Source: a virus. Taken from it: 64,000 nt of DNA. The stretch lies in the IMG/VR virus record IMGVR_UViG_3300042429_001107; one strand, written 5' to 3'. Both the position numbers and the translations under genes were made by a program. The notes below the pieces were generated by a model. That model had not been told where the DNA came from, searched no databases, and saw only the letters and a program-made list of their open reading frames with translations. This document shows positions 9,421 to 20,194 of this stretch, in pieces (position 1 is the stretch's first letter; the number at the start of each line of letters is the position of its first letter).

Positions 9421-10330
9421 AAAAATATTAATAACAGGAGGTACATCACATTTAGCTGAAAGTCTAAAAAAATATTTGCCTAATGCTTCTTATATAGAAG
9501 GAAGATCTGAATTAGATCTAACTGATTATCAATCAACATTAGAATACTTTAAAAATGAATCTCCGTATTGGGTTTTACATTTAGCATCTAAAGTTGGTGG
9601 TATTAAAAGTAACATGGAAAATCCTTTTGAGTATTTCTATGACAATCTATTAATTAATACTAATGTTTTTAGAGCATGTAAAGAATTAGAAATAGAAAGA
9701 TTAACTTCTATATTATCAACATGTGTATATCCAGCAGATAATGTTGAATATCCTATTGTAGAGAATAATATTATTTTAGGCGATCCAGAAAAAACAAATA
9801 GAGGTTATGCTCAATCTAAAAGAATATTAGCGGAACTCACTGATCTTTATAATCAGAAATACGGAAAAAATTACAATTATATTATTCCTTGTAATCTTTT
9901 TGGTATGGAAGAATCGTATGATCCTAATAAAACACATTTTCTTACATCATTGATTTATAAATCTGCTAAAGCATTATCCAATGGCGATAAAGAACTTGAA
10001 ATGTTTGGTAGCGGTAAAGTTCTAAGACAATTTGTAACGTATGACGATTTTGCAAGAATGCTAGCTTATTGTGTTGATAACGAAGTCTCTGAATCTTTTA
10101 ATTTTTCTCCTGATTATAATTTATCATTAATTGAATATGGAAGTATTATAGAGAATATCACAGATAAAAAAATTAAGGTTACATTCAACGGTAATGGACC
10201 TGACGGGGTATACAGAAAAGATGCGGATAATTCAAGAATGAAAAAAATAGCACCGGATTTTGAATTTAGTGTACTAAGAGAAAGTATAAAAGAAGTATTA
10301 GATTTTTATTTAGCAAATGATAGCATTTAG
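9413..10330 (+). CDS. GDP-4-keto-6-deoxy-sugar epimerase/reductase (Fcl/ColC family)
   Basis: HLASKVGGI, STCVYP, YAQSK, PCNLFG, GSGKVLRQF. Confidence 0.88.
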   Translation: MNKKILITGGTSHLAESLKKYLPNASYIEGRSELDLTDYQSTLEYFKNESPYWVLHLASKVGGIKSNMENPFEYFYDNLLINTNVFRACKELEIERLTSILSTCVYPADNVEYPIVENNIILGDPEKTNRGYAQSKRILAELTDLYNQKYGKNYNYIIPCNLFGMEESYDPNKTHFLTSLIYKSAKALSNGDKELEMFGSGKVLRQFVTYDDFARMLAYCVDNEVSESFNFSPDYNLSLIEYGSIIENITDKKIKVTFNGNGPDGVYRKDADNSRMKKIAPDFEFSVLRESIKEVLDFYLANDSI

Positions 10331-11057
10331 TCACTTAGGAAAATATGGTAAATTGGGCAATCAGCTTTTTCAAATTGCTGTTGTTTATTCACATTGTATT
10401 AGAAACGGTAAAGAATTTATTTTTCCTGAGTGGAAATATAATTCCTATTTAAAAACTCCAATTAGAACAGGATCAATACCACCAGGACTAATTTTACACA
10501 GAGAAAAAGATCCTTTTTCTTTCACCCCTATTCCTAATATAGATAACATTGATCTCATTGGATATTTTCAGAACGAGAATTATTTTAATGGACAGGAGGA
10601 CACAATAAGAGATCTTTTAGAACCAGCAGATTTTGTAAAATCTAAAATAGAAGAAATAAATTTAGAAGGTATAACTGCTATACATGTAAGAAGAGGAGAT
10701 TATCTAAACTTCCCTTTACACCATCCTATACCTCCTATGGATTATTATAATAGAGCAATAGAAAATTTAAAAGATAGGACTAGTAACTTTATGATTTTTT
10801 CTGATGATATCGAATGGTGTAAAGAAAACTTCTCTTCTGATTTTTTATTCTCTGAAGAGAAAGACGAGTTCATAGACCTTTATAAAATGTCTAGATGCGC
10901 TAATTTTATAATTGCAAATTCTAGTTTTTCATGGTGGGCTTCATTCTTAAATAAATCAGATGATAAAATAATATATGCTCCGGAAAATTGGGTAGGACGA
11001 GGATACTTAGGTACTAGCTGGAGACAAGTTTACAGAAAAGAAATGAAAATAATATAA
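10317..11057 (+). CDS. GT11 alpha-1,2-fucosyl/colitosyltransferase
   Basis: GKLGNQLFQ, GYFQ, HVRRGDY, FSDDIEWC, NSSFSWW. Confidence 0.92.
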   Translation: MIAFSHLGKYGKLGNQLFQIAVVYSHCIRNGKEFIFPEWKYNSYLKTPIRTGSIPPGLILHREKDPFSFTPIPNIDNIDLIGYFQNENYFNGQEDTIRDLLEPADFVKSKIEEINLEGITAIHVRRGDYLNFPLHHPIPPMDYYNRAIENLKDRTSNFMIFSDDIEWCKENFSSDFLFSEEKDEFIDLYKMSRCANFIIANSSFSWWASFLNKSDDKIIYAPENWVGRGYLGTSWRQVYRKEMKII

Positions 11058-11061
11058 TATA

Positions 11062-11925
11062 GTGGAAAAAGAAACGATAGGTATTATAGGACAAGGATTT
11101 GTCGGATCTGCTGTTAGAGAAGGAATGGAAAAATATTTTGATGTTATATGCTTTGATAAGGATCCTAATAAATTTAGCAATTCCGTATCTGTATTTAATG
11201 TTATAGAGAATAGTGTATTATGCTTTTTGTGTGTACCAACTCCTATGAAAAAATCAGGAGAATGTGATTTAAGTATAGTTAAGAAAGCACTTAATGAAAT
11301 TTATGAGTGTACTACATCTTTAAATAAAAACCAATATATAGTAGTGATAAAATCCACTATACCTCCAGGAACTACTAGTAAATTAAATTTAGAATTTCCA
11401 AATATTTCTATTGTTTTTAATCCTGAATTTTTAACTGAAGCTAATTCTGTTAATGATTACTTAGAACAAAACCGAATAATTATAGGAGGAGATAGACCAG
11501 CATCATCAAAAGTTAAGATGATTTTTACTAAGGCATTTCCTCGTGTACCTATAATTAAAACTAGCTCTACTATTGCAGAGACTATTAAGTATGTAACTAA
11601 TACATTTTTAGCAATGAAGGTTTCTTATGCTAATGAAGTTTATCAGATATGTCAGGAATTAAATATAGATTATGATAAAGTTATAGAATACTCAAGATAT
11701 GATGATAGACTGGGAAATTCACATTGGTCGGTGCCTGGTCCTGATGGAGATTTTGGCTTTGGAGGACATTGCTTCCCTAAAGACTTAGCTGCTTTTGAAT
11801 TTATTGCAAAAGAAATGTGTATAGATACAATAATGTTAACTGCTGCATTAGATAAAAATAAAAAAGTAAGAAAAAACCTAGATTGGGTTAAACAAGTAGG
11901 AAGAGCAGTATCGTTAGAAGAATAA
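11062..11925 (+). CDS. UDP-glucose/GDP-mannose 6-dehydrogenase family, short form without the C-terminal domain
   Basis: GQGFVG, CVPTP, KSTIPPGT, NPEFL, GFGGHCFPKD; GTG start. Confidence 0.9.
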   Translation: MEKETIGIIGQGFVGSAVREGMEKYFDVICFDKDPNKFSNSVSVFNVIENSVLCFLCVPTPMKKSGECDLSIVKKALNEIYECTTSLNKNQYIVVIKSTIPPGTTSKLNLEFPNISIVFNPEFLTEANSVNDYLEQNRIIIGGDRPASSKVKMIFTKAFPRVPIIKTSSTIAETIKYVTNTFLAMKVSYANEVYQICQELNIDYDKVIEYSRYDDRLGNSHWSVPGPDGDFGFGGHCFPKDLAAFEFIAKEMCIDTIMLTAALDKNKKVRKNLDWVKQVGRAVSLEE

Positions 11926-11926
11926 T

Positions 11927-12544
11927 ATGAAAATACCAGGAATAGATAATATTTATTGCATAAATCTAGAAAGAAGACCTGATAGAAGGAATGAAGCTAT
12001 AGAAGAATTTAAAAGATTCAATCTAGACTTCGAATTTTTTAATGGCGTTGACGGTCATGAATTAAATGTACCTGCTAAAATAAAACCAGGACACGTAGGA
12101 TGTGTTATGTCACATCTTAACCTTTATAGATATCTTAAAGAACAAGAAGGTGAAATATTTATGATAACGGAGGATGATGTTGTCTTTAATGAAAATTTCA
12201 TATATAGCTATTTAGATGTAGTAAGACACGTTCCTTCTGATTGGCATCTTTTATATTTAGGTGGTAACCATAACGGAATGCCATTAAACATAATAGCACC
12301 AAATATTCATAGGTTACAAAAAACTTTTACAACTCATTGTTATTTGGTTAAAAAGACACATCTAGATGTTCTTATTAATGAATTTGATACAGTTAACATC
12401 TTTAATAGTGAGGTTGATGTTCATTTATCTCGAATACAATTAAAAGTACCTTGTTACGGATTTACTCCATCTCTAGCATGGCAAAGAGACGGATTTTCTG
12501 ATATAGAAATGAAAAACGTTGAATATAATTTTTTAAAGAAATAA
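11927..12544 (+). CDS. GT25 glycosyltransferase
   Basis: CINLERRPDR, GCVMSH, EDDV, LYLGG. Confidence 0.9.
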   Translation: MKIPGIDNIYCINLERRPDRRNEAIEEFKRFNLDFEFFNGVDGHELNVPAKIKPGHVGCVMSHLNLYRYLKEQEGEIFMITEDDVVFNENFIYSYLDVVRHVPSDWHLLYLGGNHNGMPLNIIAPNIHRLQKTFTTHCYLVKKTHLDVLINEFDTVNIFNSEVDVHLSRIQLKVPCYGFTPSLAWQRDGFSDIEMKNVEYNFLKK

Positions 12545-12545
12545 A

Positions 12546-13484
12546 ATGGAAAATACATTTATCTTTACTGAAGCTTTTAATTGTGGAAAGATCCTAGCGG
12601 TTTGTTTAGAATCTTTTCATAGACACCACGATTTAAAACTGAACATAATAGGTACATCTAGAGATTTTAAAGAAGCAGGCGATATTATAAATCATCCTAA
12701 TAATGTACTAATTAATTGGGATTCACATAGCTCTGCAAAGGAGAAATGGTCAATTGGACATCAAGGAACTGCACTTGCTTTTGCAACTGCTATGAAAGGA
12801 AATATACATTCTGATAAATTTGTAATACATCTCGACTCCGATTGTTATTTTAATGGCGAATGTATTTCTGATATAGTTTCTATGCTAAATAATGGATATG
12901 ATATAATAGGATCTCCTAGGCCTTATAAGAATAATCTAAGTGGTATAAAAGGATTAGAAAGAACACCAGACTGTGTGTCTACTTATTTAATGGGTGTAAA
13001 TACTCATAAGATACCTAATTATGATTTTGAAATATTTACCCGAATGTGTGGGGGATGGGCTTCTCCTACAGGACATAGATCTTTAGATTTCTTTGATCCT
13101 GTTACCCATGCAATAATAACAAACGGAGGAAGAATAGGATTTCTAGACACATACAAATATGGTGGTATAGATTTAGATGGATCTAAGAATAATGGATTTG
13201 AATCGAATCTTAATTTTGACTGTGGATCACATATTGCTCATTTTGGGGGGGTAGGATCAGGTAAAGCAGTTGCTGATAATTTATCTGAGCCACCAAAAGG
13301 ATATGCTGATTGGGCTTATTACAGATGGAATTTTTTCTCGCATATATTCTTTAACACTGAAGCTTTAGAAAGCCCAGTAGCAGTATATTCATCACCCTCA
13401 GATCATCAAGGTAAAAGATGGTGTAACGGTGCAGCAGATTCTTCTATAATAAATAACGCAAAAAAAGAACTTAATTTAAACTAA
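12546..13484 (+). CDS. Putative GT-A glycosyltransferase
   Basis: GHQG..., IHLDSDC DxD motif; operon context. Confidence 0.55.
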   Translation: MENTFIFTEAFNCGKILAVCLESFHRHHDLKLNIIGTSRDFKEAGDIINHPNNVLINWDSHSSAKEKWSIGHQGTALAFATAMKGNIHSDKFVIHLDSDCYFNGECISDIVSMLNNGYDIIGSPRPYKNNLSGIKGLERTPDCVSTYLMGVNTHKIPNYDFEIFTRMCGGWASPTGHRSLDFFDPVTHAIITNGGRIGFLDTYKYGGIDLDGSKNNGFESNLNFDCGSHIAHFGGVGSGKAVADNLSEPPKGYADWAYYRWNFFSHIFFNTEALESPVAVYSSPSDHQGKRWCNGAADSSIINNAKKELNLN

Positions 13485-13485
13485 A

Positions 13486-14289
13486 ATGATAAAGCCAATA
13501 GTACAAGAAATATTATTAAAAGGATGGAGTGTGGATCCTTTTACTTATTTTGGAAGCTACCATAAAAGAGTAGCTATAGAAATAGATCCTTCCCGTGATC
13601 CACATTGGATAAATGATGAGTCTTTATTTAAAGTAGCAGTTCAAGTTGAGCCTCCGTCTGTAACTAATAAAGCAGTAGAACAGTATCTTGATGTGGAGGG
13701 AAATAAATTCGATCTTATTCTTACATATTATTCTTCTATTCTTAAATCGAATAAGAAAGCTAAACTTTTTTATTTTGGCGACTCTTGGATAAAGGAGAAA
13801 AGCGAATCTATAGATAAAACAAGAAACGTTTCCTTTGTAACATCTAACAAGAATTTTACTCCTGGACATGCTGTAAGAATGGAGGTAGTTGATTCTCTTC
13901 ACTTAGGATTAGCTAGATTTGATTTGTATGGTAGGGGATTTAATCCTATAGAAAAAAAAGAGGAAGGACTTAATGATTATAAATTCTCTATAGTAATTGA
14001 GAATGAGTTTATGGAAAATTGGTTTACTGAAAAAATAGTCGATTGCTTTAGAACTAAAACAATACCGATCTATAAAGGATGTCCTAATATTAAAGATTTC
14101 TATAATGAGAAAGGAATAATAAAATTTGATACTACGGAAGAACTTTACTCAATATTAAATGATGTAAATTTTAATAGTACTTCAATTTATGATTCAATGA
14201 AAGAATCTATGGATGATAATTATAATAGATCATGGGCAGATCCTGCATTTAACGAAAGAGTAGAGATAGAAATAAAAAAATATCTATGA
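13486..14289 (+). CDS. GT10-like (alpha-1,3/4-fucosyltransferase-like) glycosyltransferase
   Basis: YKFSIVIEN...WFTEKIVDCF...IPIYKG motif. Confidence 0.85.
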   Translation: MIKPIVQEILLKGWSVDPFTYFGSYHKRVAIEIDPSRDPHWINDESLFKVAVQVEPPSVTNKAVEQYLDVEGNKFDLILTYYSSILKSNKKAKLFYFGDSWIKEKSESIDKTRNVSFVTSNKNFTPGHAVRMEVVDSLHLGLARFDLYGRGFNPIEKKEEGLNDYKFSIVIENEFMENWFTEKIVDCFRTKTIPIYKGCPNIKDFYNEKGIIKFDTTEELYSILNDVNFNSTSIYDSMKESMDDNYNRSWADPAFNERVEIEIKKYL

Positions 14290-15002
14290 ATATAGATTTT
14301 TTAAATAGAACAATATTAGTAACAGGTGGTACTAAAGGAATAGGATACCACGTAGCTAAAAATTTAAATTCTTGTGGAGCCAATGTTATTGTAACGGGTA
14401 CAAAGGATACTAATATAGACTATGGTAAATTCTTAAAAGCTGATTTTTCAACTAGGGAGGGAATATACAAATTTATTGAAATTATAGAAGAAATACCTAT
14501 AATAGATGGATGTTTTAATTGCGCGGGTATAAATAAAATATCATGCTTGGAAGATATAGACATAGAAGACTTTGATTCGATTATGAATGTAAACCTATAT
14601 GCTCCGTTTCTTATATCTAAACATCTAATCCCAAAAATGAAAAAGAATAATTATGGTAGGATTGTAAACGTTTCTTCTATATGGGGATCGATAACAAAAA
14701 AAGGAAGGACCTCCTATTCTGTTTCAAAAAATGGAATAATAGGTCTTACTAGAAGTTTAGCTGTAGAGGGAGCCAATAATAACGTGATAGTAAACTCGAT
14801 ATCTCCTGGATTTACTGAAACTGAATTAACTAGAAAATCTTTATCTGATTCAGATATCTTAGATCTTGAAAAAACAATACCAATGGGTAGAATGGCAACA
14901 CCTAATGAGATATCTAATGTTTCGTTATTTCTTCTATCAGAATGTAATTCGTATATGACTGGGCAAAATATTATAGTAGATGGAGGATTCTCAATTGTAT
15001 AA
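14286..15002 (+). CDS. SDR-family oxidoreductase
   Basis: TGGTKGIG, NCAG, YSVSK, NSISPGF, TGQNIIVDGG. Confidence 0.92.
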   Translation: MNIDFLNRTILVTGGTKGIGYHVAKNLNSCGANVIVTGTKDTNIDYGKFLKADFSTREGIYKFIEIIEEIPIIDGCFNCAGINKISCLEDIDIEDFDSIMNVNLYAPFLISKHLIPKMKKNNYGRIVNVSSIWGSITKKGRTSYSVSKNGIIGLTRSLAVEGANNNVIVNSISPGFTETELTRKSLSDSDILDLEKTIPMGRMATPNEISNVSLFLLSECNSYMTGQNIIVDGGFSIV

Positions 15003-16041
15003 AATAGATATAAAGTCATCAATAAGAGACTATAGTGTTTTCTTTATAGATTCAATAGAAGATCATATAAAAAATATAATAAAACCTAATGATATAATCA
15101 TATGTGACAATAAGATTAACATATCTATTAACAAAAATCTTAAAATAATTAAAGTTAAGGCATCAGAAAAATCTAAAAGTTTTGATGGTGTTAATTCTAT
15201 GATAACTAAAATATTAGATATAGGTTTAACTAAAAATGATAGAATAATATGTATAGGTGGTGGAACCATACAGGACCTTGGATCTTTTATAGCTTCAATT
15301 TTATTTAGGGGGATAGATTGGATATTCTATCCTACTACGCTTCTTTCCCAGGGAGATAGCTGTATAGGAAGTAAAACTTCTATAAATTTTGGGGATTATA
15401 AAAATCAGCTAGGTAATTTCTATCCCCCTGCTTCTGTTTTTGTAGATATAAATATTCTTAAATCATTGGATGATTCAGAAATACGCTCCGGTATAGGTGA
15501 AATGTCTCATTACTTTTTTATTAAAGGTGGGAACGATCTAGATTTTTTTGTTAAAAATTACAAAAAATGCTTTGAAATAAATACATCTATAAGAGATATA
15601 ATATACAAAAGCCTACTGATAAAGAAAGAATACATAGAAATAGATGAGTTTGATAAAGGTCCTAGGGTTATTTTTAATTATGGACACACATTTGGACATT
15701 CAATAGAATCTATTAAAAAGTATTCAATCCCACATGGTATTGCAGTATCTATAGGCATGGATATGGCTAATTATATTTCTTTTTGTAAGGGATATATAAA
15801 AGAGAACGATTTTTTATTTTACAGAAAGATATTAAAATCTATCTGGAGCGGGTTTGATTTATTAGATCTAGATGTAGATTTAATGATTACCTTTTTAAAA
15901 AAAGATAAAAAAAATGAATATAATAAAATAGGTTTAATACTAACAAAAGGTCCCGGAAATATGTTCAAAGAACTTATTGATCCACACCCTGAACTATTTA
16001 ACTATATCAATGATTATAAATTAAAATACATAAATAAATAA
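14980..16041 (+). CDS. AroB/3-dehydroquinate-synthase-like sugar-phosphate cyclase
   Basis: GGGTIQD, PTTLLSQGDSCIGSKT, KNQLGNFY, NYGHTFGHSIE, PHGIAV, DKKN. Confidence 0.88.
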   Translation: MEDSQLYKIDIKSSIRDYSVFFIDSIEDHIKNIIKPNDIIICDNKINISINKNLKIIKVKASEKSKSFDGVNSMITKILDIGLTKNDRIICIGGGTIQDLGSFIASILFRGIDWIFYPTTLLSQGDSCIGSKTSINFGDYKNQLGNFYPPASVFVDINILKSLDDSEIRSGIGEMSHYFFIKGGNDLDFFVKNYKKCFEINTSIRDIIYKSLLIKKEYIEIDEFDKGPRVIFNYGHTFGHSIESIKKYSIPHGIAVSIGMDMANYISFCKGYIKENDFLFYRKILKSIWSGFDLLDLDVDLMITFLKKDKKNEYNKIGLILTKGPGNMFKELIDPHPELFNYINDYKLKYINK

Positions 16042-16048
16042 AAAAGTT

Positions 16049-16657
16049 ATGATACTAAATCTTGAAAACATAGAAAGTAAATTTAATAATTTACTAGAAT
16101 CTCCAAAATATAAAGAATTTATTAAGCAGATAAAAGAAGCAAAGAACATATACCTTGTTGGTAATGGAGGTCTTTGGTCAACAGCAAACCATGCTGCAGA
16201 TGATTGCAATAGATTACTTACTAAAGCAGGAATTAATAAGATGTTTATTTCTATGGACAGTCAATGTCTAATTACATCTGTAGCAAATGATTATGGGTAC
16301 AACAATATATTTGTTAGATGGCTAGAACTTTTGAAAAAAAATAACGCTAAATCATCAGAGACTATGGTTATAGGTTTATCCTGTTCTGGTACATCAAAAA
16401 ATGTCATATCAGCTTTGCATTGGGGTAAAGAGAATGGATATAAGACATGTTTAATTTCTGGTCAAAAATCTGCAGTTATACCCGAAGATATGTTAGAGGT
16501 TTGTTTTGATACGGAATTTTTTCACACAACAGAAGTTTTATCTCTTATATTATTTTACCAAATAATTATTGAATGTGGAGCTTCTTGTCCAACAATAAAA
16601 GAAGAAATTATAAGAAAAGGTTCTTCGCAACCTTTAACTAGACCTACAGACGAATAA
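16049..16657 (+). CDS. SIS-domain phosphosugar isomerase (GmhA-like)
   Basis: GNGG...ANHAADD, ANDYGY, SCSGTSKNV. Confidence 0.85.
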   Translation: MILNLENIESKFNNLLESPKYKEFIKQIKEAKNIYLVGNGGLWSTANHAADDCNRLLTKAGINKMFISMDSQCLITSVANDYGYNNIFVRWLELLKKNNAKSSETMVIGLSCSGTSKNVISALHWGKENGYKTCLISGQKSAVIPEDMLEVCFDTEFFHTTEVLSLILFYQIIIECGASCPTIKEEIIRKGSSQPLTRPTDE

Positions 16658-17490
16658 TGCCATCCAAACAATTTTCTGATATAATAGATAAAGAGAAAGG
16701 TAAAATTGGGCTAGTAATGGGATTAGGTCCTAGCTTAGTACAATCTTCACATTTTATAAAAGAGAAAGAGAAAGACAAGGATAATTTTTCTATTGTTTCT
16801 TGTAACAATATTGATGTTATGTCCGATTTTAAAGTAGATTATTGGATACTTGCACAACCTGCAGATTACTGTAATCCTTTACATATTCCTTTAGCAAAAG
16901 ATAGGTATAATAAAATGGGTGCAACTTTCTTGTATACAGATTGTTTAGATCTTACACCAAGAGAGGAAGTTGAAGAGATGTTAAAAGATATAGATTATAT
17001 TGGATACGATCAAAGACATATTAATTCAGAAAGATGTGGATGGTTAGATGTACACGGCAGACCTCCCTCCTGTTGTAATGGTATTATAGAGGGAAGACTT
17101 TGTATACAGGAGGAATTCCAAAAATACACAGGATCTGAAAATAAATACGGTTCAGGAGATACTGTTGGTGTGCATATGGTTTCTTTAAGTGTTATGTTAG
17201 GATTAAATCCTATTTACATATCTGGTATAGATCTGGATTATACCAACGGATATTTTAACAACGATTTTGAAGGCGAAGAGGGTATTAAAAATCTAGGAAT
17301 GAGATTAGTTGATCGAATAACCATGGGAATGAATAGTATAAATAAATCTCCTGACATAGTAGATAGGATAATAAGTGATTTATCAATAATTAATGAATCC
17401 GCTAAAAAAATAGGTGTTAATATATACAATACATCTAAAGAATCTCGACTTAATGAGGTCTTTGATTATTTTGATATAAGTAAACTTTAA
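16657..17490 (+). CDS. Maf/DUF115/CstII-like putative ulosonate transferase
   Basis: LVMGLGPSL, SCNN, IYISGIDLDY, IYN. Confidence 0.65.
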   Translation: MPSKQFSDIIDKEKGKIGLVMGLGPSLVQSSHFIKEKEKDKDNFSIVSCNNIDVMSDFKVDYWILAQPADYCNPLHIPLAKDRYNKMGATFLYTDCLDLTPREEVEEMLKDIDYIGYDQRHINSERCGWLDVHGRPPSCCNGIIEGRLCIQEEFQKYTGSENKYGSGDTVGVHMVSLSVMLGLNPIYISGIDLDYTNGYFNNDFEGEEGIKNLGMRLVDRITMGMNSINKSPDIVDRIISDLSIINESAKKIGVNIYNTSKESRLNEVFDYFDISKL

Positions 17491-18546
17491 ATGTATAAGC
17501 ATCTAATAATTTTTCCACAAAAAAAATGCGAATATAATACATGGTCTAGGCTTAATGCCTTTATCAGTGAGATAAGAGATATGTACGAAAGAATATCGGT
17601 AGTTTTACCAACAAAGGTAGCTACTATAATTTCGGAAGCGGATGATTTTATTTCTTGTAATGATAATTTTTTGGATACAATAAGAGAGAATTATCCACAG
17701 CTTCATCATTGGGAAGAAAAACTAGATGGGCCTTCTATTTTTCACGAAACTGTCATGGGTTATATTAAAAATGATCCTGATCTATTAAGAGCAGAGATTA
17801 TAAGTATTACCCCTTATGAGGTAATATCATTAGAAAATCCTAATAATATTAATTTACTCAACCAAATATATCGGGTTAGTCACGGGGGTTATAGGGATGC
17901 TTTAAGAAGAGACTGGGAGTTTTTAAAAAAATATATTTCCAGTAAGCCATTATTAAATCCATCTCTAGATTCTAAAAAAAAAATGGAGCATAAATTTGAA
18001 TCACATCTTAAAAAAAATAAAAAAAATTATCTCCTAATATCTAGAAGTACTACTTTAAAAAGTGTTGCAAATTATAATACGAAAATACAAATACCTGAAC
18101 TTGAGGATCATATAAGATATTGGACTAATAACGGAATAGGTATTATAAACATCGGGTTCCCCCCTGCTTCTTATGATAATATGAGTGATAGTTATTTAGA
18201 AATTGAAGAGAGCTTATCACACGATGAAGTTTTAGCTATTTCTTCTATCGTTGACGGAACAATAATTAGCGGAAGTGCTGGTGGATATCTAGTTCATATT
18301 TTAGGCAATGTCGATTTATTTATACTAACAGAAGATTGGGGTATAACCTTATCTAAAAGCGGTGAAAAATCAGACGAGGAAAAATACAATCTTATATCAG
18401 TAAGAAAAAACAGGACTGAAGTCAAGACTATAGCTAATTATGAATGGCTTAGGGATGTTAATTTTTCAGGAGATTTTTTATTGTCCCACAATAGTGAAGT
18501 TAAGAAAGATTTTAGTATCACTAAAAATATAAACTATATCCTATGA
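17491..18546 (+). CDS. Hypothetical protein, possibly a GT-B glycosyltransferase
   Basis: 351-aa ORF abutting both neighbours; only a weak GT9-like pattern in the C-terminal half. Confidence 0.5.
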   Translation: MYKHLIIFPQKKCEYNTWSRLNAFISEIRDMYERISVVLPTKVATIISEADDFISCNDNFLDTIRENYPQLHHWEEKLDGPSIFHETVMGYIKNDPDLLRAEIISITPYEVISLENPNNINLLNQIYRVSHGGYRDALRRDWEFLKKYISSKPLLNPSLDSKKKMEHKFESHLKKNKKNYLLISRSTTLKSVANYNTKIQIPELEDHIRYWTNNGIGIINIGFPPASYDNMSDSYLEIEESLSHDEVLAISSIVDGTIISGSAGGYLVHILGNVDLFILTEDWGITLSKSGEKSDEEKYNLISVRKNRTEVKTIANYEWLRDVNFSGDFLLSHNSEVKKDFSITKNINYIL

Positions 18547-19421
18547 TTTTAGATATATGTGATATAATTAACAAGCATAAAGGAAAATCTGCTTTAGTGA
18601 TAGGTAACGGCCCTAGTTTAACCCCTGAAATAAAAAGAAATTTACACGATCTTAACCCAGAGAGTATAGTTACTTTTGGTATGAACTATTGGTTCGAGTA
18701 TTACAACAAAACACCCGACTATTGGATAATGGCTGAGCCCAGCTTAACTCTACCTAGAGTGATATCAGAGATTAAAAATTTTAACATCCCTGTCTTATAT
18801 CCAGATGTTGTTGATTTAACTCCTCGTAAATTCATAGATGAAAACCAAATAACGTGTTTGCCTTTTGATAGAATGCATTATAATAATCAAGATTGTGGTG
18901 AGAATTTACCTTGGTATGAAAAATTTAAAAATTGGAATGATCCCATAGAACATTATTGTTGTGAAGGGTTTATAAAGGATAGAAAAAGTATACAAGAGGA
19001 ATTTGGTATTTATTGTAATTCTGATAATATAGATTTCCCCTTTAGAAAAAGAAAGCTGTTGGATTTTAATGGTCCTTTAAATGAAATAATATTAAGAACA
19101 TACGGTCCAGGAAGAAGCGTTATTCTTCATGGATTATCATTTGCTACTATGATGGGATGTGATTCAATATATGTGATAGGATTTGACTGGGATTATTCTA
19201 AAGGATATTCAGGACAAATAAACACCAATGATGATTATACTTTATTATCAGATCCTCCTAATTTACTAGGATTTAGCGACGATGTTATGGAAGATCTTAA
19301 TATAATAAAAGAATTGGCTAAAAATATAGGTACTAATATTTACAATCTAAATAAAAACTCGTGGCATAAAATATTAGATTTTTGTGATTACGATGAATTC
19401 TATAATAAAATAAGGGTATGA
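18543..19421 (+). CDS. Maf/DUF115/CstII-like putative ulosonate transferase, paralogue of 16657..17490
   Basis: VIGNGPSL, FGMN, IYVIGFDWDY; shares DYWI, DLTPR, CC.G.I..R..IQEEF with its paralogue. Confidence 0.65.
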   Translation: MILDICDIINKHKGKSALVIGNGPSLTPEIKRNLHDLNPESIVTFGMNYWFEYYNKTPDYWIMAEPSLTLPRVISEIKNFNIPVLYPDVVDLTPRKFIDENQITCLPFDRMHYNNQDCGENLPWYEKFKNWNDPIEHYCCEGFIKDRKSIQEEFGIYCNSDNIDFPFRKRKLLDFNGPLNEIILRTYGPGRSVILHGLSFATMMGCDSIYVIGFDWDYSKGYSGQINTNDDYTLLSDPPNLLGFSDDVMEDLNIIKELAKNIGTNIYNLNKNSWHKILDFCDYDEFYNKIRV

Positions 19422-20194
19422 GTAATTATCCTGTGTGGGATTCATCTGCAGTAAATCCTGATATTTATATAGAAAAATATACCGATTACGTAAAAACTGC
19501 TGAGCTCCAAGAAATATTAGACGGAAAAACAGTAGCTATAGTTGGACCTTCATTTCATATAAATGGACAAAATCTTGGTAATTATATAGACTCATTTGAT
19601 GTTGTAGTGAGAGTAGGATTTTTAGAAGAACCTACAGAAATAGCTATGAAAGACTACGGTAGTAGAACAGATATAATAATACATTCATTTAACTCATTTG
19701 AAATACCAGTTGCTTACCGAAATACAGGTTACCTTTCTAAGTGTAAGCACATTATATGTGGAATGGTTTCTAGTGATTTTATAGATGACCATGAATCTTT
19801 TTTTGCTTCTTTAAGAGAAATAGGTATTAAAGTACAAAATGTGGAAGATAGCTATTTATATGGATTTTTTAGAAGAGTTGGAACAATATGTAATTTAGGA
19901 ACAGTAGGAATAGAAATTATTCTTAAGTATGAAATTAAATCTCTTTTTGTTACTGGGATAAACTTTTATAACATGGGAAGATACGGTAAGGTATACAATG
20001 AGGAATATTTCGATGTTGTTTCATCTAAGATGGGAATTTACAAGAATGAACTTAACGGAACAGTTAATGGTATTTCAGCAAGATCTGATTTACATTCTCA
20101 GAAACCTCAGATAGAGCATTTTAAATCAGTAGCTAGATCTGACGATAGAGTATTGTTGGATAAATATTTGGAAGATAATTTATTCGTTCCTTGA
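19418..20194 (+). CDS. GT29 (sialyltransferase)-like protein
   Basis: KTVAIVGPS...GQNLGNYIDSFDVVVRV resembles sialylmotif L; LFVTGINFY. Confidence 0.7.
   Translation: MSNYPVWDSSAVNPDIYIEKYTDYVKTAELQEILDGKTVAIVGPSFHINGQNLGNYIDSFDVVVRVGFLEEPTEIAMKDYGSRTDIIIHSFNSFEIPVAYRNTGYLSKCKHIICGMVSSDFIDDHESFFASLREIGIKVQNVEDSYLYGFFRRVGTICNLGTVGIEIILKYEIKSLFVTGINFYNMGRYGKVYNEEYFDVVSSKMGIYKNELNGTVNGISARSDLHSQKPQIEHFKSVARSDDRVLLDKYLEDNLFVP

Noticed and set aside
14980-16041. Shikimate-pathway aroB or Kdo 8-oxidase KdnB
   Set aside because: No other aro genes and an altered E..K motif argue against aroB; the motifs are DHQS-type rather than Fe-ADH-type, arguing against KdnB. Left as AroB-like.
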